IMG/VR virus record: IMGVR_UViG_3300002835_000097
Span: 24,058 to 88,057 of that record
Length of the DNA: 64,000 nt
From: a virus
Taxonomy: Duplodnaviria; Caudoviricetes
Reading direction: 5' to 3' (one strand)
A program made the position numbers and the translations under genes. Numbering within the stretch: position 1 is the stretch's first letter; each line of letters begins with the position of its first letter. Below the pieces are notes generated by a model. The model was not told where the DNA came from. It saw only the letters and a list, made by a program, of their open reading frames with translations, and did not search any database. Below are positions 1 through 9,356 of this stretch, one piece after another.

Positions 1-2
1 TT

Positions 3-131
3 GAAAATGAAGATGTGATAGAGATTATTTTATATACAACAATAATAGCAGAATCCTTAGAAGCTGCTATAGAAAAGATAAAATCTTTATATAATATAAA
101 AACTATTATAGACATACAGGAAATAATATGA
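3..131 (+). CDS. 3' end of a hypothetical protein (partial, runs off window start)
   Basis: Frame from nt 3 reads ENEDVIEIILYTTIIAESLEAAIEKIKSLYNIKTIIDIQEII* and stops at TGA 129-131, overlapping the next ATG (ATGA). Confidence 0.6.
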   Translation, partial: ENEDVIEIILYTTIIAESLEAAIEKIKSLYNIKTIIDIQEII

Positions 132-823
132 GTTATTCTAATGGTCCAAGAATAGTTACAGATGGATTAGTTTTGTATCTTGATGCTGGTAACAGTAAGA
201 GTTATCCGGGGACTGGTACTGTTTGGAATGATTTAAGTGGAAATAATAATAATGGAACGCTAGTTAACGGACCAACATTTAGTAGCGCGAATAAAGGGTC
301 TATTGTTTTTGATGGAGTGAACGATGGTTGTAATATCAATAATAATTCATTTATAAATCCAACTAATGCAATAACTTTTGGTGCAATAGTAAATTTGTCT
401 GGTTATGGAAGTAATTATGCTCCAATAATTTTTAAGCAAAATAATTATACCAGTTTGTACGAGCAATATGCTTTATATTTGACCAATTCTTCTGTTGGTG
501 CAGCTGTTACTGGAGTTGATAGATCTCAAAAAATTGTTTCTATAAATCAAGATCTTAGAAATCAATATTTACATTTGGTTGGAACTTGTGATACAGAGAC
601 TAATCTTTTATCCTTTTATTTAAATGGATCTCTAATACAGAGCGTAGCATTCACTAGTACCTTTGATATTTCCACACAAAATCTAAGAATAGGATATATG
701 GATTCTAATTATCTTGGTTTTAGTTTGGGAAAAATTTTTATAACTTATATTTATAATCGAGCATTATCACCAACAGAAATACTTCAAAACTACAACGCAA
801 CCAAAGGCCGATTTAACCTATAG
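128..823 (+). CDS. Concanavalin A-like/LamG domain virion protein
   Basis: GPRIVTDGLVLYLDAGNSKSYPG..WNDLSG..GTLVNGPTF, HLVGT..FYLNG and IYNRALSPTEILQNYNATK are characteristic of phage LamG-like proteins. Confidence 0.85.
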   Translation: MSYSNGPRIVTDGLVLYLDAGNSKSYPGTGTVWNDLSGNNNNGTLVNGPTFSSANKGSIVFDGVNDGCNINNNSFINPTNAITFGAIVNLSGYGSNYAPIIFKQNNYTSLYEQYALYLTNSSVGAAVTGVDRSQKIVSINQDLRNQYLHLVGTCDTETNLLSFYLNGSLIQSVAFTSTFDISTQNLRIGYMDSNYLGFSLGKIFITYIYNRALSPTEILQNYNATKGRFNL

Positions 824-830
824 GTGTATA
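823..830 (+). promoter_or_regulatory. GGTGTATW motif copy 1 (candidate phage late promoter)
   Basis: GGTGTATACTA 36 bp upstream of ATG 859; the motif recurs before four other genes. Confidence 0.6.
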
Positions 831-858
831 CTAATATAGAAAACCATGGAGAAAATAC

Positions 859-3800
859 ATGCCAGATATTATTATAACGCCAAGTAGCGGAATCATAGAC
901 TTCTTTCCGGTTTCAACAAGAGTTGGCCGAATTGAGGGATCGGGTAATACTATCAATATAATTAATCCTTCTGGCTTTATTGCGGTCAGTGGTAGTGGTC
1001 TGTCCATTAACACATCTTCTCCAAATGCCACATTTCATGCGTACTCTGCTACTTCTGGTGCGACACTCTTAAATATTGAGGGGACCAACGGTAGCTTATT
1101 TAGCGTTATAGACAATCTGAGTGGAACGCTCATGAGTGTTAATAATAATGCGGGACTTCCGGTATTTGAAGTTTTTAGTGATGACCGAGTAGTTGCTGGT
1201 CGTTTTGGTCAGAATGATTTTATTATGACTAGCGGTGGAAATGTTGGAATCGGAACTGGCGTTCCATCTAGTAAGTTTCATGTTGTAGGAATTAGCACTT
1301 TTAATGGTGATGTATCTTCAACAGGTTCGTTTATAGCAGGCTCTGGTAGTGCGACCAATCCATCTTTTGAATTTATTGAAGATGTTGATACTGGTATGTT
1401 CAGTCCTGCTAGTAATGTGATTGGTTTTGCTACTAGCGGAGTTGAGAGATTACGAGTAGATAGTGTTGGTAATATTGGTATAGGAACAGTTAGTCCAACC
1501 AGCAGATTACAAGTTAGTGGATTAATAACAGCTAACAGTGGAAATTTTACTAATTCTTTACAGGTGAATGGTACTGGAGTTTGGCATAGTGGTAATTTTG
1601 ATAGTAGTAATATTGTTAGAACTACTGGAACTCAAACTATTAGTGGAGTTAAAACATTTTCTGAGGGTTTAAAGGTAGTTGGTAATGATGCTGGTATTCC
1701 GATAGAACTGGGAGTGTCTCAGGATGCTATTGTTTTATTTGGTAAAACTAGTAATGGTTTGGGTATAGGTAGTAATTCTTTTAATTTTAGTGACTCTTCT
1801 ACTAATGTTATAGATTCTAGAGAATTATTAATAGGTCTAAATGCTAATGACCCAATTCTGACTATTAGTCGTGGATTGTTATTTGCCGGTAATAGCGGTG
1901 TGGGGGTAATAAATTACTATGATAATGGAGCTGCTGTTAGTGCTAATAGATTGATATTTGATGTGACTCCAGCAACCACCCTTGCTTCTGCTAATACCAC
2001 ATTGCGTACCACAACAGAAGATGGAAATAATATAGTAGTAAATCTGCCAAATACTAGCGGAACATTAGCATTATTAACAAGTATAAATACTTCTCAAATT
2101 ACTGGAACTTTACCAGTTAATAAGGGCGGTACAAATATAACTTCTTATAGTAATGGACAATTACTAATTGGTAGCGGAACAAGTTTAGTTGCTAATACTT
2201 TGTCTGCTGGTACTGGAATAGCTATAACTAATGGCAGTGGGACCATAACAATCAATACTAGTGGACTTCAAACTATTTTAACTAATCCTGTTACTGGTAC
2301 TGGTACTGGAGCTTCAACATCAGGATACTTACCACGATGGAATAGTACTAGTGGATTAAGTAATAGCATTATTTATCAAAGTGGTAATAATATTGGTATT
2401 GGAACATCAACTCCAAGCGGACAACTACATGTTATCGGCAGTGGAATATTTAGCAGCGGCATAATCGCTAGCAACATAAGCGTTACTGATAACATGATAT
2501 CTGCCACCAATACCAATGGTAATCTAATAATAAAACCAAATGCTAGCGGAGCATTACAGGCAGATGATGCTGGAAACTCAAGAGGCATATATAGTGTAGA
2601 CTTACAAAGAAGCAGAGTTTCTGTTTCTGGAGTAGCTCATGGTAGTTATAGTGTTATAGGAGGTGGGTCAAACAATAATGCTATGGGTCCACTATGTACT
2701 ATTGGAGGAGGAAGCAACAATACTGCTGGCGGTGATTATTATCCAGGAAATTGCTCAACAATTGGAGGAGGAGAAAATAATATTGCTGTTGGGGAAAAGT
2801 CAACAGTGGGTGGAGGAAGCAGTAATAGTGCTGGTGGTAACTATTCTATAGTTGGTGGAGGACAGAGTAACAGTGCTGGTGCTCCGCATTCTACAGTTGG
2901 TGGAGGAATTGGTAATAGTGCTATCGCTAATAAGTCAACAATTAGTGGTGGAAGTTATAACAGTAGTAGTGGTGAATACTCTATAGTTGGTGGAGGAAGA
3001 AGTAATAGTGCTGCTGGGTACATATCCGCAGTTTGTGGAGGAAATAGTAACAGTGCTTCTGGTAGTCTTTCTACAGTTTGTGGAGGAGATGATAATACTG
3101 CTGGTGCGGACGCCTCTACTATAGCTGGTGGAAAAACTAATACCATAAGTGCTTTTGCGAACTATTCAACTATAGCAGGAGGACAATATAACTATACTGG
3201 AAGTTCATATTCTAGTTTCTATGGTCTGTATGCATTTGTTGGAGGAGGCTATAGTAATGCTATCTATAGTAGCTATTCAACCATCGGAGGAGGAGAAAAT
3301 AACACTATTGGAAGTGATACCTATAGTGATAGTTTGTTCACAAAAAGTGTTATTGGAGGAGGATCAAATAATACTTGTGATGGTGTTGCTGCCACAGTTG
3401 GTGGAGGAATATCAAATACCGCTAGTGGATACCATTGTACAGTTGCAGGAGGATTTTCTAATAGCGCTAGTTCATACGAGTCAACAATTGGTGGAGGAAA
3501 TTCTAATAGTGCGACCGCTACTGGTAGCACGGTCGGTGGTGGAAGATACAATACAGCCAGTGGAAATAGTGACTCTGTAGTGTGCGGAGGCTCAAACAAT
3601 CTTGCTAGTGGTCCAGGATCTACTATTGCTGGAGGATTATCAAATACCGCAAGTGGTTATGCTAGTGCTGTTGTTGGTGGTATAGATGCTTTGGCTAGCA
3701 GTCGAGGCGAAATAAGTCATGCTACTGGAAAATTTGCTGATGATGGAGATGCTCAACACAGTATATTTGTACTAAGAACCAAAACAACGAATAATACGGC

Positions 3801-4131
3801 TACAGAAATGGGTCTTGACGGAGCTTCTGTACGATTAACAATAAATAGCGGTCAAATATTATCAGGAACAATTAATATAATAGGATCTCGTAGTGATGGT
3901 TCAGCAGTGGCTCGATATCTTAGACAATTTACTATAAAAAATGTTGGTGGAACAACCAGTTTAGTTGGATCTATAATAACACTAGGAACAGACGAGGCTG
4001 CTGGAACAAGTATCAGTATCACTGCTGACAATACAAATGACTTTTTAAGTATTAAAGTTACAGGAATAAGTAGTCAAACATGGAGATGGGTTGCTGTTGT
4101 TGATTGCATCAAAACAAAATATGGAACATGA
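859..4131 (+). CDS. Tail fibre / receptor-binding protein with Gly-rich 14-aa repeats
   Basis: Three GN(V/I)GIGT fibre motifs; C-terminal half built of ~14-aa S-T-(I/V)-G-G-G-x-x-N-x-A-x-G repeats (adhesin-like beta-solenoid). Confidence 0.8.
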   Translation: MPDIIITPSSGIIDFFPVSTRVGRIEGSGNTINIINPSGFIAVSGSGLSINTSSPNATFHAYSATSGATLLNIEGTNGSLFSVIDNLSGTLMSVNNNAGLPVFEVFSDDRVVAGRFGQNDFIMTSGGNVGIGTGVPSSKFHVVGISTFNGDVSSTGSFIAGSGSATNPSFEFIEDVDTGMFSPASNVIGFATSGVERLRVDSVGNIGIGTVSPTSRLQVSGLITANSGNFTNSLQVNGTGVWHSGNFDSSNIVRTTGTQTISGVKTFSEGLKVVGNDAGIPIELGVSQDAIVLFGKTSNGLGIGSNSFNFSDSSTNVIDSRELLIGLNANDPILTISRGLLFAGNSGVGVINYYDNGAAVSANRLIFDVTPATTLASANTTLRTTTEDGNNIVVNLPNTSGTLALLTSINTSQITGTLPVNKGGTNITSYSNGQLLIGSGTSLVANTLSAGTGIAITNGSGTITINTSGLQTILTNPVTGTGTGASTSGYLPRWNSTSGLSNSIIYQSGNNIGIGTSTPSGQLHVIGSGIFSSGIIASNISVTDNMISATNTNGNLIIKPNASGALQADDAGNSRGIYSVDLQRSRVSVSGVAHGSYSVIGGGSNNNAMGPLCTIGGGSNNTAGGDYYPGNCSTIGGGENNIAVGEKSTVGGGSSNSAGGNYSIVGGGQSNSAGAPHSTVGGGIGNSAIANKSTISGGSYNSSSGEYSIVGGGRSNSAAGYISAVCGGNSNSASGSLSTVCGGDDNTAGADASTIAGGKTNTISAFANYSTIAGGQYNYTGSSYSSFYGLYAFVGGGYSNAIYSSYSTIGGGENNTIGSDTYSDSLFTKSVIGGGSNNTCDGVAATVGGGISNTASGYHCTVAGGFSNSASSYESTIGGGNSNSATATGSTVGGGRYNTASGNSDSVVCGGSNNLASGPGSTIAGGLSNTASGYASAVVGGIDALASSRGEISHATGKFADDGDAQHSIFVLRTKTTNNTATEMGLDGASVRLTINSGQILSGTINIIGSRSDGSAVARYLRQFTIKNVGGTTSLVGSIITLGTDEAAGTSISITADNTNDFLSIKVTGISSQTWRWVAVVDCIKTKYGT
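2640..3690 (+). repeat. In-frame ~42-bp (14-aa) degenerate tandem repeats within the tail fibre
   Basis: Recurrent ggtggagga/ggaggagga...aatagtgct units, mostly ~42 bp apart, encoding GGGxxNxAxG; about two dozen copies. Confidence 0.8.
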
Positions 4132-4934
4132 TAATGAAAAATTTTATTTTTATTAGTGGTCTTCCTCGTTCTGGAAGCACACTTCTTTGTAATATATTAG
4201 CACAAAACGATAATTTATTTGTTAGTAAAGCTACTAGTGGATGTCATGATATATTATTTAATATACGAAATCAATGGGATAATTTAATCGAACATAAAGC
4301 AGAAGGAATTGATAAAAATCAATTAAAAAGAGTTCTACAGAGTGTGCTTAATAGCTATCATTCTACAGATAAAAATTTTATAGTAGATAAGGGTAGGGGC
4401 TGGCTAAGTTTGATAGAGATGGCCGAATTTATATTAGGATATACTCCAAAGATCATAGTTCCTGTGCGAGATATGAAAGAAATTTTTAGTAGTTTTGAAA
4501 AACTATGGAGAAATAGTACAGGTTCTACTCAATGGCATTTTGAAAAAGAGGATTATTTTAAAAGTCAAACTATTGAAGGAAGATGTGATATTTTAGCTCA
4601 TCAAAGCCAAGTTGTCGGATTAGCATACAATCGTGTTAAAGATGCTATAAATAGAGGATATAAAAATAAATTATTTTTTGTTGAATTTGATGATTTAACA
4701 CAAAAACCTAATGAAACCCTAAAACAAATATATAATTATTTGGAATTTCCAAACTTTCAACACGATTTTAATAATGTACAACAATATACTAAAGAAGACG
4801 ATGATGGTGTTCATAGAATACCTGGTTTACATACGATAAGATCAGAAGTTAAATCTGTATACAAAGACAGTTTAGATATTTTAGGTAAAGAATTAGTAAA
4901 TAAATATAGTAATCTAGAAATATGGAGAAATTAA
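4128..4934 (+). CDS. PAPS-dependent sulfotransferase family protein
   Basis: 5'-PSB loop FISGLPRSGSTLL and 3'-PB motif VRDMKEIFSS. Likely start is ATG 4128 (ATGA overlap with the fibre stop) or 4134, rather than 4104. Confidence 0.85.
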   Translation: MIMKNFIFISGLPRSGSTLLCNILAQNDNLFVSKATSGCHDILFNIRNQWDNLIEHKAEGIDKNQLKRVLQSVLNSYHSTDKNFIVDKGRGWLSLIEMAEFILGYTPKIIVPVRDMKEIFSSFEKLWRNSTGSTQWHFEKEDYFKSQTIEGRCDILAHQSQVVGLAYNRVKDAINRGYKNKLFFVEFDDLTQKPNETLKQIYNYLEFPNFQHDFNNVQQYTKEDDDGVHRIPGLHTIRSEVKSVYKDSLDILGKELVNKYSNLEIWRN

Positions 4935-4935
4935 T

Positions 4936-5271
4936 ATGAGCATACTAGATAATATCGGAGAGAATTCTATCTCAAACCAAGTTGCTAATAGAATTAAAAA
5001 TCAAACCAGACAAACTTTTCAAAATATGGTTAATGCTTTTAATGAAGGATCAAAAATCTTTTGGCAAAATCCTCGTGGACTAACACCAACACAAATAGCA
5101 GAGGCTCTAGGAACAGATGCTAGGGAAGTATTTGAATTACACTATGCATTGGGACTATTAATTAATAGTATAAAACCAGAGAGTATACAAGAAGGTTGGG
5201 CCGCTATTGGCCAATTTACAATGAATGAAGATGGAACAGTAACTGTGATTTCTACCAGTGGCAATCCATAA
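4936..5271 (+). CDS. Hypothetical protein (111 aa)
   Basis: Abuts the sulfotransferase stop; ordinary protein composition; no recognised motif. Confidence 0.7.
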   Translation: MSILDNIGENSISNQVANRIKNQTRQTFQNMVNAFNEGSKIFWQNPRGLTPTQIAEALGTDAREVFELHYALGLLINSIKPESIQEGWAAIGQFTMNEDGTVTVISTSGNP

Positions 5272-5281
5272 TAAATGTATG

Positions 5282-5289
5282 GGTGTATA
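5282..5289 (+). promoter_or_regulatory. GGTGTATW motif copy 2
   Basis: GGTGTATACTA 48 bp upstream of ATG 5330. Confidence 0.6.
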
Positions 5290-5329
5290 CTATTATATAC
5301 AGCATATACTCTAATAAAAAGGCCGTATT

Positions 5330-5839
5330 ATGTCATGGGATGCTGAAATACCAATAATAGTCAGAACACTAATTAACGATCTTGGTGATCAACCAACATA
5401 TAGTGACGATAGAATAAAACAAATTATAGCCGTTGCTGCTAAATATGTTCAATTTGATGTTGTTCTTGACCATTCTTACAATGTAGATGTGATAGAAGGT
5501 AACATTAGTCCTGATCCAACTGATCATAATGATGAAATTTTTATTAGCTTAGTTTCTCTTAAAGCTGCTTGTATTATTGATCAAAGTGTTCTAAGAACAA
5601 AGGCCGCTTTAGAGGGTATAAGAGCATCACTTGGGTCGGCAACATTGACAGTAAAAGGAAGTTTGGAAGGATTCATAAAGATACTAGAAAAAGGACCATG
5701 TGCATCATATGATGAATTGACTTCTCACTGGGATGTCAGTCAGGCTACTGCCATTAGAGCAATTCTTAGTCCGTTTGTTGGTAATAAATTTGACCCACGA
5801 TCACTATTCTCTGATAACAGAGGAAGAGATTTATATTAA
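5330..5839 (+). CDS. Putative head-tail adaptor/connector protein
   Basis: Helical N-terminus VRTLINDLGDQPTYSDDRIKQII resembles SPP1 gp15/HK97 gp6-like adaptors; first gene of the neck block. Confidence 0.55.
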   Translation: MSWDAEIPIIVRTLINDLGDQPTYSDDRIKQIIAVAAKYVQFDVVLDHSYNVDVIEGNISPDPTDHNDEIFISLVSLKAACIIDQSVLRTKAALEGIRASLGSATLTVKGSLEGFIKILEKGPCASYDELTSHWDVSQATAIRAILSPFVGNKFDPRSLFSDNRGRDLY

Positions 5840-5851
5840 TAAGGAAGTTTT

Positions 5852-6811
5852 ATGGCAGCAGTAAATTACAATTTTCCTATAGAACAAGGTAGTGATTTTG
5901 AAGTTAATTTTCAATATAATGACTCTAATGGTCAGCCAGTAAATCTCGGAGATAGTAATACATCTTGCGTTGTTATGCAAATTATTCCAAATTCTGGTGA
6001 CTCTTTTGGATTTTCTACTAAAAAAATTGGTAACACATCGTTATTTTCTAACGACAAAGGATTAATAACATTAAAAATTAGTAATGCTTTAACACAAAGT
6101 TTTCAATTTGATAATGCTATTTATGATCTTGATGTTCTTATTGGAGACAAAATAACTAGATTGGTCTATGGTACTATTAATATAATTAAAAGACAAACAC
6201 CATTTCCTAATTGTATTCTTAGTACCCCCTCAACAAACGGTAACGATACCCCATCAACAACTCCAGTTCCGTCAGAATCTTTAACAGAATTCCAAAATTT
6301 ATGTTTAGATACAGATTGCTTGAATCTAGATATTTATTCCACAGCATATCAAGGATCAGGATTAATAATAAACGATTTATCAATATCAAATAGTAATATA
6401 ACGACCACAAATACTAATAATATAGAAAATATAGAAGTTGTTATAAATAATCTAAATCATACATCTCCACAAGATTTACAAATATTTTTAGCTCCACCGT
6501 CCGGTAATAAGATACTATTATCTGCAAATCATAAAATGCCAAAAACTAATTTTAATTTTATGTTTTCTAATAAAGCACTACCAACATCTTATGTATATAA
6601 TATTAATAATGGATCATATTGTAATATATACGACAAAACTGACATAGTTAAATATTCTAATGAAACTTTATCATCAAATTTTGGATATCTTATTGGACAC
6701 AGCATAACCGGAGTATGGTCATTATTAATCAAAGACACCGATCCGGATGCATCTCCTGTAGGATCAGGTTATATGGATGGATGGAAACTAGTAGTAACTT
6801 ATCAGCCCTAA
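5852..6811 (+). CDS. Virion structural protein: N-terminal beta-sandwich plus C-terminal proprotein convertase P-domain-like module
   Basis: N-term YNFPIEQGSDF..PVNL..AIYDLDV..RLVYG; C-term IENIEVVINNLNHTSPQDLQIFLAPPSG..GVWSLLIKD..GYMDGWKLVVT matches the P-domain pattern. Confidence 0.65.
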   Translation: MAAVNYNFPIEQGSDFEVNFQYNDSNGQPVNLGDSNTSCVVMQIIPNSGDSFGFSTKKIGNTSLFSNDKGLITLKISNALTQSFQFDNAIYDLDVLIGDKITRLVYGTINIIKRQTPFPNCILSTPSTNGNDTPSTTPVPSESLTEFQNLCLDTDCLNLDIYSTAYQGSGLIINDLSISNSNITTTNTNNIENIEVVINNLNHTSPQDLQIFLAPPSGNKILLSANHKMPKTNFNFMFSNKALPTSYVYNINNGSYCNIYDKTDIVKYSNETLSSNFGYLIGHSITGVWSLLIKDTDPDASPVGSGYMDGWKLVVTYQP

Positions 6812-6847
6812 CTCAAATAATAAACCAGAAGGGTGGCAAGTATATTA

Positions 6848-8911
6848 ATGACTCAATTTCATAATGTAAGATCTATTACTCAAAAAGATAAAATTTCTTC
6901 ATTAGAAGATAATTTAAAATCATTCTTAGATTGGTCTTTTTTGAATATAGGTGGTTTTGTTAATGTGCCAAATCCTTCTCCAGCAATATCCGGAACATCT
7001 GGATTTCATGTTCTTAAACTAGCACCAGATCCAACAGTAGTAGGAAGCAGATTATGGCAGTCTATCCGTAAAGATTGGGTATATGAGTCAGGAGTAAACT
7101 ATAACAGTACGGCCCCGTCAGTATTTTCTGGATTATATCTAAATAATATTTTTCTACCGGCGCCAACAGGAAGCGGAGGATACGGATACTCTGTTAACTA
7201 TCCTCTTGGACAAATAAAATTTAATAATGCAGTATCATCATCTAGTTCTGTTATTGCTAGCTATTCTTATAGATATATACAAACATATAAAGCTAGCGAT
7301 TCTATTTGGTGGAAAGAAGTACAAAAAGAGACATACAGTCCCTCAAATTATAAAGCAAATGGAGACTATGCTATAACCTCTATTCATAGAGTTCAATTGC
7401 CAGCAATAATTTTAGAATTAGCTCCCAGCACCAAACTCAAACCGTATGAATTAGGTACTACAGAAAATATTTGGACTCAAGAAATATTTCTTCATATTTT
7501 TGCACAATCTGCTACTCAACGAAATACTATAATAGATATATTAATAGCACAAAAAGATAAAGTTCTTCATCTATATGATTCTGACGCTGTTGCAAAAACA
7601 CTTTCTTTTGGACTAGATAAATATGGGGCAATCAATCCTAATGGTAAAAATTATCCACAATTAGTAGATGAATTTCAATATAATTATTTTACTATTATTA
7701 ATACTTCATTAGGTGAATTAAATACACTTAGTAGCACTTTATATAATGGAATAGTAAGATGGTCTATAGAGATATTGCCTTACCACAAGACACAAACAAC
7801 ACCAACTCCAACTTCTACTATTGTAACGGGCACAACTCCGCTTGTCACGCCCACTGTGACTTCTACTCCAGCACTGGGTGTTAGTCCTACACCAACATCT
7901 ACTAAAGCACCAAGTGCTAGTCCCACAGTAACGCCTACTAAAACACCAACTGCAACTTCTACTCTCCCTATGAGCGTTAGTCCTACGCCAACACCCACTA
8001 AGACACAAACTGTTACTCCTACTACAACTCTAATTAATATTGTAAATAATTTTATAGCAATTGCAGATAATTCTAATGTAACAGCGTTAAGTAGTAATAA
8101 TGGGTCCTCATGGTCACTTAATAATCTAACAGCCACCAGATCATGGAAAGATGTAGCTTATGGAGCCTCTAAATTTATTGCTTGTGCATATGGTAGTTCA
8201 GATTACGAATATTCGACAAATGGTATAACATGGACTAGCTCAAATTTTAATGTAACAAATGTTAATAATCAATGGACATGTATAACTTATGCCAATAATA
8301 AATTTATTATATTAGCAAACTCCTCTGCCAATGGAATAATATCAACAGATGGTATAAATTGGACAAAGTTTACATTGCCGTTTCAAATTTATATTGGTGG
8401 ACCAAATGCCCCATCAGCGTCCAGTTGGAACGGCTGTGCATACGGTAATGGTATTTTTGTAGCAATGAATTATAATTCGTCAACCATTGCAACATCCACT
8501 GATGGCATAACATGGACACAAAGATCTTTACCAATCACAAATAACTGGAACGATATTATTTATGGAGATAAATTCGCTATAGTTGCTTCACAAACTGATA
8601 AAATAGCATACAGCACAAATGGCATATCATGGACAACAGCTGATCTTCCCGAATCTGCAGGATGGAAATCTATAGCATATGGTAATAACACTTATGTTGC
8701 TATAGGATATAATTTAGCTAATATTATAGTATCTAATGACCTAATAAATTGGACTAGTAATATAGTATTAAATGGACCATGGAATAAAATTATTTACAAA
8801 AATAATACTTTTATTATTATAGGAAGTACCACCACAGTATTAACATCAACGAATGGAATAAACTGGACTCAAAGATCAATAGATAATTATAATTGGATTA
8901 ATCTTACATAA
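6848..8911 (+). CDS. Putative tail-completion/terminator protein fused to a Thr/Pro linker and SxxGxxW beta-propeller
   Basis: N-terminal ~310 aa with RVQLPAIILE..KPYELG..EIFLHIFA; T/P-rich linker at ~7790-8030; repeated STNGITWT/STDGITW motifs. ATG 6848 is preferred over GTG 6833. Confidence 0.55.
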   Translation: MTQFHNVRSITQKDKISSLEDNLKSFLDWSFLNIGGFVNVPNPSPAISGTSGFHVLKLAPDPTVVGSRLWQSIRKDWVYESGVNYNSTAPSVFSGLYLNNIFLPAPTGSGGYGYSVNYPLGQIKFNNAVSSSSSVIASYSYRYIQTYKASDSIWWKEVQKETYSPSNYKANGDYAITSIHRVQLPAIILELAPSTKLKPYELGTTENIWTQEIFLHIFAQSATQRNTIIDILIAQKDKVLHLYDSDAVAKTLSFGLDKYGAINPNGKNYPQLVDEFQYNYFTIINTSLGELNTLSSTLYNGIVRWSIEILPYHKTQTTPTPTSTIVTGTTPLVTPTVTSTPALGVSPTPTSTKAPSASPTVTPTKTPTATSTLPMSVSPTPTPTKTQTVTPTTTLINIVNNFIAIADNSNVTALSSNNGSSWSLNNLTATRSWKDVAYGASKFIACAYGSSDYEYSTNGITWTSSNFNVTNVNNQWTCITYANNKFIILANSSANGIISTDGINWTKFTLPFQIYIGGPNAPSASSWNGCAYGNGIFVAMNYNSSTIATSTDGITWTQRSLPITNNWNDIIYGDKFAIVASQTDKIAYSTNGISWTTADLPESAGWKSIAYGNNTYVAIGYNLANIIVSNDLINWTSNIVLNGPWNKIIYKNNTFIIIGSTTTVLTSTNGINWTQRSIDNYNWINLT

Positions 8912-8927
8912 TTAAAGGGAAAAATAA

Positions 8928-9158
8928 ATGAATTTAACTTATTCAATAGATAGTAATAATTTTTCTGTTAAAATATATTCTGACGATAGACCAGAACCAA
9001 TTATATATCAGCCAGATTGGCCAAATGGGACAGCATGGTCATCGGCAGCAGAAGCAGAATCATGGGCTCAGTTGTGCATACAAGCAATAATTGATGAGAA
9101 TGCCCCGTATGCTCCAGCCGGTCCAGGATTAGCAGGAGAACCTAAAAAGTTATCATAA
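8928..9158 (+). CDS. Small hypothetical protein (76 aa)
   Basis: SD-like AAAGGGA upstream; QPDWPNGTAWSSAAEAESWA motif; follows the propeller gene. Confidence 0.7.
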   Translation: MNLTYSIDSNNFSVKIYSDDRPEPIIYQPDWPNGTAWSSAAEAESWAQLCIQAIIDENAPYAPAGPGLAGEPKKLS

Positions 9159-9160
9159 TA

Positions 9161-9355
9161 ATGAATATAACATTACAAACTAATATTACAAAAGTTGCAC
9201 TAGAAATTTATCAAAAAGATTTATCTGTAAATCTTATAGACTTAATTAATAAAACCATTTATATATCTAATACTAGTACAACATTGTATGGACTAGTTAT
9301 TGAATCGTTAATAGATATTAAAGACACAACATCCTCAGATATAATTTATATATAA
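9161..9355 (+). CDS. Small hypothetical protein (64 aa)
   Basis: Exactly fills the gap between neighbours on the coding strand. Confidence 0.5.
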   Translation: MNITLQTNITKVALEIYQKDLSVNLIDLINKTIYISNTSTTLYGLVIESLIDIKDTTSSDIIYI

Positions 9356-9356
9356 A

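Noticed and set aside
2640-3690. Periodic ~42-bp DNA repeats as a possible CRISPR array
   Set aside because: Units are degenerate at synonymous positions, stay in frame and lack identical repeats with unique spacers; they are protein repeats.
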